A stretch of DNA of 63,975 nucleotides, the filler included, from Octopus bimaculoides (lineage: Eukaryota): assembly GCF_001194135.2 (NCBI RefSeq). It is 5 parts of 5 records of this genome, joined end to end, with 100 filler letters (N's around TTAATTAATTAA, not from the genome) between each part and the next. Parts side by side here need not be neighbours in the genome. Positions count along the whole stretch, not along the records: positions 62,763 to 63,975 come from NW_026363117.1; 4 more parts are not named here. One strand, 5' to 3'. The notes beneath the pieces were generated by a model. It saw nothing but the letters and a program-made list of their open reading frames with translations. It made no database searches and was not told the DNA's origin. Of the stretch, positions 63,085 through 63,975 are shown in pieces (position 1 is the first letter of the stretch; each line of letters begins with the position of its first letter). Both the position numbers and the translations under genes were made by a program.

Positions 63085-63375
63085 CTGCTTCCTTAAAACC
63101 TGGTACTTATTCTATCAGTCTCTTTTGCCAAACTGCTAAGTTGTTAAGCAGTAAAGGGGGACAAACACACAAAGATACACATATAGATATATACATATAT
63201 ACAATGGGCTTCTTTCAGTTTTCATCAACCAAATCCACTCACAAGCCTTTGGTTAGCCCAAGGCTATAGTAGAAGACACTTGCCCAAGGATCCATGCAGT
63301 GGGACTGAACNNNNNNNNNNAGTGGGACTGAACCCAGAACCATGTGGTTGTGAAGCAAACTTCTTACCACTCAAA
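63085..63375 (-). mobile_element. SINE family B copy
   Basis: GGGCTTCTTTCAGTTT...CAAATCCACTCACAAG...GAAGACACTTGCCCAAGG...GGGACTGAACCC. Confidence 0.8.
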
Positions 63376-63975
63376 TATCTAGCAGTGTAATCAAACATGG
63401 AGCCAAGTGGTTGTGAGACAAATTTCTNNNNNNNNNNTCATACAGCTAAGCTTGTGCCCTATATTTAAGTAACCCGTTGGAGCATATTAGATAACACTAC
63501 AGGACAAAAAATCCCTATTATTTACATCCTAGTGTGTCTGTCAGCTATTAACTACAAGTAGTAATGATATAATATTGTATAAACAGAGTGTGGTTTTTAC
63601 ACCTCATACACAAACTGAATGTGGACACCTTTATGCAGTCAACTATGCTACAGTGAAAAGCAGCCAAATCTTCCTTCAATCAAATACTCATTCATTACCA
63701 ACTCGGCTGAAACTGGCTCAGGCTCTGTAGTACAAATGTCTTGTTTTCATAAGTTTTGGATTAAAATCTTNNNNNNNNNNNNNNNNNNNNNNNNNNNNNN
63801 NNNNNNNNNNNNNNNNNNNNNNNNNNNNNNNNNNNNNNNNNNNNNNGAAAGAAATGCAGAACATCTCAAAATAAACACAGTAACGAAAGGGTAGAAGGGC
63901 ACAATGAAAATATAGCTGTAGATATACATAAATAGGGCTAAACAACAGCGCGTTATATAAAGATGTTACTGCGTG

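Overview
This is AT-rich, microsatellite-dense eukaryotic DNA. The SINE families and repeat landscape point to a coleoid cephalopod, most likely Octopus (inference). It comes from a gappy short-read assembly. Four 100-bp artificial spacers (N44-TTAATTAATTAA-N44) split the window into five joined pieces, so long-range adjacency is uncertain. Only two host coding exons are supported: the terminal exon of a divergent NR1J/HR96-like nuclear receptor ligand-binding domain (18404-18883, minus) and the terminal exon of a RET/FGFR-type receptor tyrosine kinase (42992-43280, plus). The rest is decayed mobile DNA: CR1/L2-like, RTE, R4/Dong (restriction-like endonuclease) and Tx1/L1 LINEs, Penelope-like GIY-YIG elements, mariners, MITEs and three tRNA-derived SINE families. 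The most interesting signal is absent from the ORF track. It is a set of minimal type-I hammerhead-ribozyme motifs with palindromic stem III, several inside fold-back structures. They include a 186-bp-arm inverted repeat with one hammerhead in each arm (8569-8970), a near-complete hammerhead at 21453-21499, and a hairpin centred on a putative hammerhead stem II (20442-20554). These suggest a ribozyme-bearing Penelope-LTR or retrozyme-like family. This rests on motif reading only; activity is untested. TE coordinates are approximate (tens of bp).
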